Shown: in pieces, positions 1-12,500 of the stretch
Layout of the letters: each line of letters begins with the position of its first letter
How positions within the stretch are numbered: position 1 is the first letter of the stretch
Source of the DNA: Phoronis australis
Taxonomy: Eukaryota; Animalia; Phoronida
DNA length: 64,000 nucleotides
Assembly (NCBI GenBank): GCA_002633005.1
Contig: NMRA01000050.1
Location: forward strand, 1,223,387 to 1,287,386
Direction of reading: 5' to 3'
Notes under the pieces: generated by a model
Database searches by the model: none
Told to the model about the DNA's origin: nothing
The model's input: the letters and a program-made list of their open reading frames with translations, nothing else
Made by a program: the position numbers and the translations under genes

Positions 1-149
1 AATGTGACAATTTGGAACATTTAAATGTGCTAAATGACATAAAACTCATTTTTAAATCGATTGGTTATCATTAAACCAAAAAATAAGTAGTTATTAGTGA
101 CGGCACTACTCTGTAACTGTTGATGATAACAGTGGCACCTGGCGATAAC

Positions 150-330
150 TTCGATTGGACCGGAGTTAAGCGTTCATACTGCACCGCAGCGTCGACGCTG
201 CGGTCTTAAATCCACCTATTAACTGCGATGTTAACTGGAGCTCTTAACTGCGATCCAGGACCGGAGTTAAGCGTTCATACTGACCGCAACTCCCCAAACC
301 ATCGACGCGTCGACGTTAGTATGAAAGGCC
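150..330. repeat. PIF/Harbinger-like MITE fragment
   Basis: Internal direct repeats GGACCGGAGTTAAGCGTTCATACTG and palindromes; ends in AGTATGAAAGGCCC followed by TTA. Confidence 0.4.
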
Positions 331-759
331 CTTAAGAGTGGCATGACGACACAGAACTCTGCTGGTGTATTTGTGAATAAGGCGAGTGACCAAACAGCAC
401 AAACTGTGTGTATGATTCCAGTTTGGTGTTCACGGTACGGCTACGAAATCGGCTCTGGAAAGTTAGTGCAGGGAAGTTGGTACTGGAACGTAAAATTAAG
501 ATATACAATTCATAAAGCATGAATTAAAATTCACAGATTTCGTTCTCTCCTCAGTTTCGTGGCTTTGGTTCACGGGGGGTTGGCCCGGTTGACAAATACG
601 CTGTATTGTATGTCATGGCGGTCTACATTCCGTTGCAAAAATCATGGGCGGCGCACCATAGTGGATGAGGGTAGACAAACGCTCTGCTGGCTGACCTAAG
701 TCTCACTCGATAAATCGCAGAGTAATTTAAGAGTTTGTTCGGGCCACATTGGACACTGA

Positions 760-1135
760 CCTTTACCCAGTTTGTTAATATCCAGAGCTAAATCATTTAT
801 AAATAATGCAAAGAGTGTCGGTGATAAAACGTCCCCCTGACGGACACCATTTTCAGGAGTGAACCAACCACTATACAGAGTGCCATTTAATCGTATACAG
901 TTCAACGGACTTTTGTAAATCATACGAATTGCATCATACATTCAACCATTAATATTATACTGCAGTAATTTAAAAAACAGAAGTTCATGGTTCGTCAAGT
1001 CAAAAGCTTTTTTCATGTTCACAAATGTCACAAATTAATGTAGAAAGGTTAGACGACTTTCTTGTTTGAATAATTGATGACAGGACATATAAGTGATCAA
1101 TGCAGGACCGTTGGCTTCGAAAAGCATTTTGCTCG
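760..1135 (-). mobile_element. Degenerate non-LTR retrotransposon reverse transcriptase fragment
   Basis: KKAFD...GVRQGDVLSPTLFALFINDL; contains stops and is truncated. Confidence 0.85.
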
Positions 1136-1300
1136 TCAACTAAAATATTGTATGTAGAGGTTAGCAAATCTCAGGTACTTGTGGTGTCCAGCTGCAGCAA
1201 ATATTGGTAAGGCATCCCCAACATCTTGCAGCTGATCATTCCAAGACCGAGTGCTATTTGCCTTGATCGTTACCCGAGCAGTATGGAGCATTTGTTTTGG
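1136..1300 (-). mobile_element. Academ-like transposase fragment
   Basis: ALPIFAAAGHHKYLRFANLYIQ resembles the LPxFxAxGHxxYxR motif as I recall it from Academ-type transposases. Confidence 0.45.
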
Positions 1301-2435
1301 ACTGTGTACTAAGTTCAGACTTCTTCGTCTCAAGATTGTCGATGATCTGCACAATTGCGGCTGGTTGTGAGGCACTTCAGACAGATGTTGACATTTTCCC
1401 CTGTTCATAAGTACACCCAGTAGAGCATAAACCGTTGTAAAACCTTTTGTTGCAATTTGTTGTGGGCCGGGTGGCTATTTGTCACAAATTGACTAGTTCA
1501 AATGGCAAGTTTTTAATTTATGAATGAATTCGCATGCGTGAGAAGAGATTAATAAAGTCCTGAAATTAAGTTAATTTACACAACTAGTTTTTCGTGATCG
1601 TTTTACGAGCGTAGTGAATGGACGGTATTTTAGGCGAGCTGCATGATTTCGTCCCAATTTAGATTCGTGAATTTCCAAGCGGCAGAAAACATGAACAATC
1701 TCTCGTTGCAATCATGTTTAAATGTGTCGATTTTCTACCACACTATGTGACCATTACGTGGGTGTCAAGAAGTTCGTTACTTTGAGATCCCGACGAAGAC
1801 GCTTCGTGTTTCCTGTTTCCGAGCAGCACGTGTCAACAAAAACGGGTAACTACACAGGAAGTTTTGGTTCAAAACAAGGCAACAGTTTATTCAAGTCAAG
1901 AATACGCAATTGCCAGTGTTTGTTTGCCCGGGGACTGCTGCTTTGGCCTTGACTTGCTACAACTGGTGGAACAATATAGCCAAAATTCCAGGCCATGACA
2001 CTGACCGATACTGCTGAAGGCTACGTGATAGGCATTCTTACACGTCTCAGAACCATTCGGAGAGGTAATTACAAATCTTCTAGCCAATAAATGCATAATT
2101 ATAGGACTACTCTATTATTGCACGCCCAGCAAGAATCGGCCTCATAGAACCTCTAACACGTTCTAGGCATTGGGTTCTTGAGCTGTGTAGGAGCTATAAA
2201 AAAGACTTCAAGAATTCTTAGACGTGACAATCTTATTTTGATGATTTCCGTCTAGTTCATACATGTATGTGTACAGAAATGACAAAATGTTGAAGTTAAA
2301 AAGTGAAAAGTTTTTAGTAATTATTGATCAAAATATTATCTCAGACAGTGTAACACAAGTCTCCCTCTCGTAGTCACATTTAAGCCTTGTTGATTATACT
2401 AAGGAAAAGGAACAAGAAAACAATACAAAAACAAC

Positions 2436-2543
2436 GGTAATGGTCTGATATAACGTGCCCAAATTTTGAAAAACAGTTTTCTCCACTAAGTAACGAGCAT
2501 CAAACTGGTTCTCGAAATGCGGGCACGTTATATCAGACTATTG
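2436..2543. repeat. Short inverted-repeat element
   Basis: AATGGTCTGATATAACGTGCCC ... GGGCACGTTATATCAGACTATT. Confidence 0.6.
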
Positions 2544-3372
2544 CCAAATAACAGTTTTTTGTTCCACTTAGATTTTAGTCTTGACAAATATGTTTGATAA
2601 TTTATTAAAGACAAAATCACAGTAACTGCTTGCAGGCAAGTTATACATACTCCCTTGGATTCATTTTTGTTGAATCTGTATGAAATAAGTTTTCATGGGA
2701 TGCATTACGCCCCTCCCTCCCCGCCACTCATTTCAGTGGTGAGCCGCCCATTTTTTAGTTAAGACCAAAATTACTGGAACTTTATACATACTACTAGGGA
2801 AAGAGGTACATATTATCTCATGAGATCGTTTTGTTACAGTTTGTGCAAACTGAATTTTGACGCAAACTATCAGTCTGTTTCACTGATGAATAGTCACGTA
2901 AGAATTAAGACAGAAATTTGGACTAACCCAACACATAACAATTTCTGGAAAACAATTACAGCTCATTTAAGCAAATAAACGCATAACTGCAGGTTACCCA
3001 AATAATTTCTTTGAATTATTTAGGACCGTGATACACTCATAAATCATTGCCTAAATTCACCCTTTTTCAGCAATTATCAAGCGGGAACAAATTTCTGTCT
3101 TGAGTCTTAAGTCAATTTCATGAAACGGGTCCCAGCTTTACGTATTACCAAATGTTGACCTTTCAGCTGACGTCATTTTTCTCCAATAGACAGACTAATT
3201 TTTGTTATTCTGGCTTCACTAATTGATAATAAGGGACATGATTGTTTTTCATTCCCTGGAAACATTCCGAAAACCGTTTATGCCAAGGCATTGCACTGTC
3301 TGACTCTACATGGTCAGATTTAGGGTCAATAACCTAAAGCAACTTAAACCAAATCGTTTTAACGGTACTTAA

Positions 3373-4923
3373 AGGAGCATGCCACCCAAAAAAAACAATC
3401 TAATTTGTATCAGTTTAGATCGAGTAGTTCTACTCCATAACGACACGTGCGGTTGCGTTACCTGACACCTGACGGCAGACGGAGGTGTTGAAATTATTCA
3501 ATTACGTCATCGGTTTCACACGCATTCTGTTCAACACGGGTTACTGGTGTCAGCTAATACACCGAGTTCTTACAAAAACGTGTTGTTTTATGTTTTATTT
3601 CGCTCTTACGGATTTATTGGTATTTGGACACACCTACAAAGTTCGGCAGGCCAATAAGGTCCGTAGCAGGAGTTTGAGGTATGTTCGGAGATAATTTCTA
3701 AGTATATTCCGTGAGATACAGACAAGAGAACCTAGATCTGTGTTGTTTAGACTTGTGATTTTCTGAGTTCTAAACACAAAACGCTTGTTATCCCGGCCAG
3801 TGGCTCGGAAACTGATCAGACATCACGAACTAACCAGCCAAAGTTCAGTGGAAACTAAAGTTCCAGTCAAGAAAATACTATACTAGTGAGCCAAAGTAAT
3901 GTGCACGTGATTATGTTGGTGAATTAGCCACGAAACTGCAAATCTATTTACTCGTCGGCGGCCACGAATTCAGTTCCGCTTTGGCCACAGCACCGTCAGG
4001 GCAGAAGTTGTACATTGACAATCATTATTTGAGTAATGTATATGTAAATAAAGATTCCCCTAACATCTGGTCGTGGGGTGGAAATCGAGTTGTTTCACAA
4101 CAGTTTCTGCCAGCAAACACTAAATTAGCATGAGCTCACACGGCTTCGCGGTGTACCGTCAATTAGTTTTATTGCACCTAAAGCAGTGATTTATTCATTG
4201 CTGGTTTATCAAATCATTTCGTACACTCACGAACACTCCAAAGGCATTACAAATTGCATCTAATGAGACAGACATTGTTTCAGTTTTATATAAGTATTGG
4301 TTAGGGTGAGAATAATTCATTTTGAAACAGAACTCTCAGTAATAAACGCCAACATGGCAACTCGCAATCCCGACTTAGGACGAGCTAGAACGGCTCATCA
4401 ATCCCGACTTCGCAGGTGGATCGTTAAGTTTTACAGGCTATCAATTCGAACAGGAATACAGTGATGAAGAAATATTAGAGACAGGCGCCGTGAACAAGCT
4501 CAGACAACGGAACGTATGGAGTTATTTGGTAACCCGGCATTCGTGAGGCACTGTCGACCGTCGTCTGCAGGCCACAGATACGGAGATGTTTCACGGCCTC
4601 ATACTTGCTATTTACAGCGTACATTTCATTCTTCACTACCATGAGCCACTTTCTAAGCATTTCGAACTCTCGAGGAAGAAAAAAAAAACGATATACTCCC
4701 TTTCCTCGCGGCTGCTTAGTTCGGACAAATGGGAACGATACACCGCAACATAGCGACATTCACTCTGCATATGAACCACTGACGTCGCTAGCGTCGTTTC
4801 TCACCTTCCTCACAGGTTAACGCGGCACCTCTTGGCAAGGTAAGGTCGACCGTATGCGAGGTGATGTGGAAATAGACCGATTAAGACGTCAAAAAGACTA
4901 ATTAAATCGGGTGGCATTCGCCT
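3373..4923 (-). mobile_element. Kolobok-like non-autonomous DNA transposon with degenerate THAP domain
   Basis: TTAA at 3369-3372 and 4924-4927; TIRs AGGAGCATGCCACCC / GGGTGGCATTCGCCT; ORF 4475-4759 (MSLCCGV...FFFLPRE..LRKW...RICG) is THAP-like. Confidence 0.8.
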
Positions 4924-5354
4924 TTAAATTTAGTCTTACAATCTTGGAGTTCTTACTCTGGTACCCGCGGTGGATATATAATCTACTTCTACTGCAGTCA
5001 CCAAAAATGGAATTATCAGTCTGACTAGACTTCGTTTTAGTCTATTTTGACTCATGGCTGTTCATAATCTGACCGTGGCTAACTTTACAACGAAAGGTGG
5101 CGCTCCTATCAATGGCACAATCCCCCCACCCCACTAAGCCTATTTCGTTTTCACCTCCACGTTCTTGTTGACTACCACTGTTTTATAACCTTGCACTCTG
5201 TGTTAGCCATCGAGATCACCAAGGTCATGTAAAAATGCTATGACTGATATGAACAACTTTAAAGCACATAAAATCACAGCGGTATTTGTAAGGTCTGTCT
5301 GATGGCACAACATTAATTTATATATAAATTTCACCTGTTTTTTTGTATTCTTAA

Positions 5355-6088
5355 AGGAGAATGCCACCCAAAAATCAACCTATTTGGCATCAATTTAGAT
5401 CAAGTAGTTCCACTCGATAACAGCAAGTTCAGTTGTTTTACCTGACTCCTGACAGCAGACTGAGGTGTTGAAATTAACTACTGACGCGATCGGTTCAAAC
5501 GCAGTCTGTTCAGCCGTTCACAACACGCTTACTGGTGTCAACTTATCGCTTGAATTCATCGTTTTACATCAATAAATCATCAAAATTGGATTCAAAACCC
5601 GTACAAATACATCGAATAGTCTTGAACAAGCGTGTTGTTTTATTTCACTGTTACGGATTTTTAAGTATTTGAACGTTCCGTAGCCTATAGAGTTCGCCGT
5701 AGGCCAATTTATCATGGTCGATTGCGGGAGTTTGGGACAGTTGGGTGGTCAGTTCGAATCATTATCTGTGTGTTGTAGTTTTAGACTCGCGATTTTTTTT
5801 AGTTCTAAAGACACAAAACGCTTGTTATTGCAGCCAGTGGCTCGGAACCAGACCCGATCAGGCCCGGCGGTCGCCCGGTCGGGTTGGACATCGCGAACAT
5901 AACCAGCTTAGTTGGAAACTAAACATGTGGTCACAAAAAGACTATAATAGTGAGCCAAAGAAATAATGTGCACGTAATTATTTTGGTGAATTAGCCACGA
6001 AATTGAAAACCTACATGCTTGTCGGGGGCCGTGAAGTCACTGAGGTTCCCCAATTCCACAGAACCGTCAGGGCAAAAGTTGTACAGCA
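5355..6088. mobile_element. Second, truncated copy of the Kolobok-like element (left arm)
   Basis: TTAA + AGGAGAATGCCACCC; collinear with 3373-4015. Confidence 0.8.
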
Positions 6089-6242
6089 ACAATGATTTGA
6101 GAAACATTATTTAAAATTTGGCTGACGGTGAGGCCAGTGGTCTGTTACTGAAAAAGGGGAAACAAATCCGCACTTTTTCAGCAAACAACTGTTTTTTTTA
6201 GGCCATTTACCGGTACATATTCTCCTATCATTTTGCTCTTTA

Positions 6243-6402
6243 CAGTGGCGGATTTAGAGGGGGGCAAGGGGGCCGTGGCCCGCCTAAAATTCTCCCAGAT
6301 TCCGTTTGGCAGTACGGGGGTGCCAATGTCTGACGGGCAAAATCTTGGCTAATATTCTGCCCTGCCCCCCCCCCCCAACTCAAAATCCTGGATCCTCCCT
6401 TG
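6243..6402. mobile_element. MITE with 5-bp TSD (hAT5-like)
   Basis: CAGTGGCGGATTTAG...CTGGATCCTCCCTTG flanked by CTTTA on both sides. Confidence 0.65.
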
Positions 6403-9400
6403 CTTTACTCAGATGGGAAATGATTCGTATGCTTACAACTTTTATTACTGACACTACGTCATTTTTTCAGACGTGGCCCATGAACTTGTTGTCCGCACGG
6501 CGGTTAACTACCCGAGTCACGTGAAATTCTGGGCTTTTTAATGCAACTCATTTCAGGTCAAGCAAATGATCAAAACAATATGACGTTGTGTGAGAAAAAA
6601 ATTCGTTTTGACACCAGAATATGGTTTCTAGTGGCATAGGCCTTTTGGTGATCCATCTGAAGAGAAAATTAATAAAATCTTGTAAAAAGGTTCCTCAGTT
6701 GAACAAAGTGTTCTGTGTCTTTAAACCCACCAAATTGTCTATGAGAGTGTCTCGAATGAAGTGTAAAACACCACACTTTTATTACAATAATATAGTCTCT
6801 GACTGATTGTAGGCATTGCCCCAAAATTTTATGTTGGCTTGCTAACACGGCGTTTCACTCAGCGCATAAACTAAATTAAAACATGCGACAGCAGTGCCAT
6901 TTATCGACAATCGTTTGCTACTCAGTTCGTGATTGATTTTGACAGTAGTTGACTTCCAATATCTGAGATCGCCTGTGCTTCTGTCTGTCAGCACGGGCGA
7001 TAGTTAAAGTTCTAACCGAAGCGTTTATGTCTCTATAATCGTGTAAATACGTTTATTAAAGCGTTCACCTCCTTCCTGTTGACCATTCGGTCTAAAACTC
7101 CCGGGTGTACCAAGAAGCGCGTCACCATGCGCAAATGCCATGAAGGCGATAAAGGGAACCATCTTGGATACTTTTATATAGATGACTCCGATGTCTACAC
7201 AAAAAGCGAAGCAGTTCACGTATGCGGACTAAGCTGGTGTTCATCGGAATCATTTATGTGGATTTAATTTTTGTGATAAGTGATGTCATATCTTTAATGA
7301 ATAGTCAAGCAGATAGTATTGGAGAGAAAAGTGATTTTCCAAGATCAGCCTCAAGAAGTACATGCAATCGAAAATGGAACTCCAGCAGCCCCAGTCTAAC
7401 GCGCTGTTGTCTTAGCTAAGTCCCACTAAACAAATACATAGGGGCAGCTCAAACGCATACTTGTAATGTCATCAACTTTGAGTTCAGCAAATGTCTGGCA
7501 TACGACAGCGTGTTGACGATTTGAATTAAAATCTAAAAAACAACGGATTGTGTTGTTACGTAGACTTGGTCAATGCTAATAACTCCAATAAGTTCATCCT
7601 ATGCACCACTAATTTTAAAATTTAATTTGCTGTAAAAGCGATGATATCTCTCTAAGTTTTCTAAATTTTATGCGTAAAAATTGTATCTTGGGCAAACAGC
7701 TCAAATCAATTGCCAGCAAACAGCAAGTCAACTACGAAGGACTAGATTCCAAAGGGCAGTTCTAAGAAAATTGACTTAAAGAGAAATATTAAATTTCAGT
7801 CAATTTTACGATAATTTTGCCCTAATTCCGTTTCAAGAAAGACATGTAAAGTTTGACTTAAGTTTTGGATTTAATTTTTCTGTTAAATTTAACTAATTCA
7901 CCGGACGTGGAATTTTCAAAGCTTGGAAGTTGAGACAAATCTTAGACTTAAGTGAAAAATGAACTTAAAAGTCACTTTCTTGGAATGAGCTTCTGGTAAT
8001 CACTGTTTTACACTTTAGAAAATATTAAATCAAAAGAAAACAGCTGGATCGATGTTATATGTTATTTGCGAATTTTGCAACAGTTTTTGACAGTGTTTAC
8101 TGTAAGCTATGGTTTAGAAAGTTGCATTTTGACCTGTTTAGTTGGATAAAAAACAAACTTAAATTTGTCATTTTGGTCTCTTTGTCTTTTACAATACCTG
8201 TCATAATTGTCCGTACCGTGACAACATTGTACTTGCGTTGCCAGGACAACATTGTACTTGCGTTGCCAGGACAACATTCTATTTTCAGTGACCGAGGAGT
8301 TTATTAGTGTTGGCTACCCCTAAAATTGTAATTTCGAAAAAGTTTGGTTCGCACGTGATTTCGCTGTTCCTGATGGCAACGGAAATAGAACCTTATCACT
8401 GTTAGGAATATCGTGAGACTGATTTTTGAGAGTGAAAAGCTTCATTCGATTTTTATTTCAGCCAGCTAAACAGGACGAATTGACGTCCGTAGATATTCTT
8501 AAAGGGAGACTATCCATTTTATTACCAAAAACATATTCTGTGATTCTTGTAGGACGGAATATTCATTTTGAAGTAATTAGCTCAGTGTTAAACTAGTGGA
8601 AATTTCTACACTAGAGGCTCTAAGAGAAGTTTAATTCGAACGGACAGACAGTTGCAAATACAACTCAGATACTCAGATATTAAATATTATCAAAGATGAG
8701 TTGAAAAAGCATATCAAACTTAGACGGCTTGAGTATTTTGGTATTTTACTGGTATTTTTATATCAATAAAAATTATTGAATATTTAGTATTTATTGATTA
8801 AAAACTCTTTAAAGTGATTTGCTTTTCGCAGAGTATTTGAATTTTTTAATAAAACTAAAGCATACAAAGTAACGTTGGCACAATTGAGATTGTCAGCTCA
8901 CGATTCTATGACAGGAAAAGGTAGAGAGTTGGCAGAGGAAAGAGAATTTCGACACTGCGAACTTATGTTTAAAGGGTGCTATTGTCTTGTTTTTGAACAT
9001 ATACAACAAACCAGTCACATTTACCAAGATATTGAGAAAAAATAGTTTGCATAGATTTTTTTTTCATTTATTGGTCATCTTTTAAGCGTTCTATGCGTAC
9101 ACACAGGAAGGAATTAAAACCTTGTCCCATCATTCAGATTTTCAAAAACTAAGTCGCAGTTGTGAGTGTGTGTGTGTATGACTTCGCGAGGCTGAAAAAT
9201 CAGTTATGTTCAACGAGAACATTTTATGAAACACCCGGCTAAGGCTTCATAAAATAGTTGTCGTTCGCTGAATTTTCAATCTCGGGAAACCCTGGCATTA
9301 GGAGCTAGTGGAGATTCGATAACAAGGCGACTACGTGAATGAAAATGTGAATGGAAACTCCGACTAGAGAAAACATAACCGTCCGAAAGCTTTCGACGCG

Positions 9401-9487
9401 TACAGAAAACGAAGAATATTTTCGTGGACATGTTATGTTTCCCATAGTCAACCGATCGTCTGCTGTCCAGTTGGGTTCGTCTGCTTT

Positions 9488-9598
9488 CTAGTTATGCGGC
9501 CAGTCGTCGTGCCAGTTTTCACCAGGACTGCGCGCGATGACACAACAACCCATGTGATTTAGCTCGTCATCACCGGCTTTGTCTTTGTGGTTGTCAAT
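9488..9598 (-). CDS. SOD-like gene exon 7 (last coding exon)
   Basis: TTGTAG acceptor; IDNHKDKAGDDELNHMGCCVIARSPGENWHDDWPHN-stop; AATAAA on the minus strand at 9072-9067. Confidence 0.85.
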   Translation of the reverse strand: MDNHKDKAGDDELNHMGCCVIARSPGENWHDDWPHN

Positions 9599-12500
9599 CT
9601 ACAAAGAAATGTGCGCGCAAAGTGTTACAAAATGTCATCCGTACCACATATTCGCCTGTATGTGAAGCTTCAACTACATCCGGAATTCGGCATGTGCCCC
9701 TATATGCAAAACACCTGAATAAAATCCTAGGGGCAACCGCTAAAACATCACGTGAACAAGCACGACCTATCCTTCACAAAATAGTAAATATTGACGTGAA
9801 TTCACATTATACAGTTACTGACTGACTTTCATCGAGGTCATCGGGTTGGTATTTAGACCCCTAAAATGAGATGATGACCAAGGGGCAGCGGAGGTGATTA
9901 TCGTTACCTTAGTGGCCTGAAAACCAACATACAGTGTGTCGGAATCCGGGTTTATAACCGCATCTTTTGACCGTTGAAAAAAGAACGAATAGCATTAACA
10001 ATAGGCAACTGACATATAACGCGTTGGAATCATGAACAGATGAGTTCCACGTTGGTTCAAACATATCAAATATCACCCTTGGTGGCTGCAGGAGAGACTG
10101 AGAATTTGTGTAAAATGCGCCATTACGATTTTGGCACCTCATCACAAGAGGGCGCCCCGACTCATCATCTTACCACAAGAGCTCGACCTAGGATAGAGTG
10201 AACCCCGTGTAATGTGGCCACTTTATCATGGTATTCTTTCCTAATGTTCCCGTGTTCGTCGGCATGGAGCTCGCCAAAATCCCCCACGTGCCTGCAACAA
10301 GACAAATACAAACGCACGTCTACTAGGGTACCAGATGAAGATTGTGTTTAATAAAAAAATGACTGCGCATCAGAATAGGCTTACAGTGGTAATATTAAGA
10401 CTGCACCGCGTTCCACCTTCGTTTTCGCCTTTTCCAATAATTAAGTGATACTTTAAACTAGGAAGAAATAGGAAGACGTTGCCAATCGGGTACAATCAGG
10501 AATGCGAGTGTTTCACTCGAGTCCACGGTAAACCATGATAGGCCTAATACATCCTCGCCCGAAGACACCCCACTTCACAAACAGCTGCCCTGAAGCGTGA
10601 CGCATTCTCCTCTGCGACGTACCTCTCTTTGTCGTCATTAAGCCCGTGCTTCTTGTTCGTTGGGTTGTAATGTCCGCCGACTTTGGTGCAGTCGTTGATG
10701 ATATCGCCATACTCATGCACGTGCATACCATGGTCCGGCTGGTCTGACTTGAAGCCATGCAGCTCCACCTGATAGTGAAGTGGTCCGCCGTGTACCTACA
10801 GCAATAAGTGGAACTGACACTTGCACTTGACTCAGCTTTTTACCAGCAGTAGAAGGAGAGATAATGCCGATTCCGTAAATGAGTGTGCGCCCTACGTACT
10901 ATACCAAAGAAAACGTTGTTGGCCTTCGTGTCCGGTCAGCTGTCAAGTAGGTGGTACCTGACAGCTCTGTAATCCGGAATACACACGTCATTATTGGCCT
11001 ATCCGTAAAAAGGTCAACAAAAGTGAGAACCAGAATTAATTAAGAAAAAGACTCGACCAGACTACACCCGAGCGATCGAGTGATGGGAGTGACGCAACAT
11101 ATTCATCATGACGTTCAGTTAGAACAGCTCAAGGTGGAAACATCTCTAAATTGTGACCTTCTGCTTACCGTTGTTCCCTATGGGTCAGTGGATTAGAGCG
11201 CCCACAGGGTTAGCCAAAGGTCCCAGGTTCGAGTCCCGGTTTGGGCAGAAATCTTTTCAGATTGATACTCATTAAGTCACGTGACATGGCCATGGATGGC
11301 ATGCTTGCCAGACGAAGCATTTCCACGCCAGTTTATGATTTACATATTTGTATAAGCCCAATTCTTGTTGCAGTGTTTATACTGCGACAAGAGCGACGTC
11401 GCGCGACTGAAAGTGAAATGGAACATCATTCATTTCTTTGAGGTCGCCTCGCTTTATCGCGCTACTTGACCCAATCACAGCACAGAACTTTCCGTTTGAC
11501 TGGAACAATTTTGTTTGTTTCCTTTATAGACGCATTTTCATTCATTTGGTAAGACACTGCATGATTTATAACGTGAGGCGACGTCGCATTTCACTCTCGT
11601 TGCACCTATCGCTCGCGGGCAGTGACGCTGCAACAGGAATTCATTTGCATCAGATCCAATTTTTTCGGAACGCGAATAAAATCGCGCCGCTCACGTAGCT
11701 TGCCCGCGTGCAGTGCGGCCACGCCTTCAGTCATCGAGAATTAAAGGTCCTTCTAGCATTTTAGGACGTCAAACCACAAGATATCAGGTTTGATGTAATG
11801 ACCTATGACGAATAAGCAATAACTAAACGCGTCTTGTTCCATACTGAAGAGGAGGACCAGGACTGTGACCGAACCAGGAAACTCGACTGCATATATTTTA
11901 GGGCTTAAACGACTGTTTGATATTAGAAAATTGTGATCGGCCACCCCACCCCCTCATTGGTCCTACAGTATTTTTCGTTCTCCGTTTATCTAGGTTCGTC
12001 CAGTATATCCCCTGCACAACAGAGTCAGTCAACGTAAACACAGGTGAATCAGATATTTCAATCAGCCACCATCCTATTAGGACCAAACCTTACGTTTTGC
12101 TTAAACACGACTCTTCCGGTGAGATTTACACCTTGGCTGTGAACTGCATCAGGCACAATGTCACACTCGGCATAGTCGTAGCCTAAAATACAAAAACAAA
12201 GCATGTTGCAAGCAACTCAACACAAGAGGCCACTAAAGCATACAGGTCATCAGTTATAACCTAATCAAAGCAATCACTGCGTTTTACAACCGCTAGGACA
12301 TTCGTAGCATGCAGGTAGACTCTGTAGCTTTGTGGACCACCTTTTCAGACATTTCTGTGAAAAAAAATTCCGATGGTGACCCACAGGTGGCAACTAAAGC
12401 AGTTCCTTGTACTCTGATATAGACAGACAACTTTTTTCTGCATTATAAGAATTTCTTCCTTTGCGGAGCTATAACACTTGGCCAGTGTTCAGTGGAGAGT

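Noticed and set aside
11174-11247. Functional tRNA gene
   Set aside because: The acceptor and anticodon stems do not pair; better explained as a SINE head or pseudogene.
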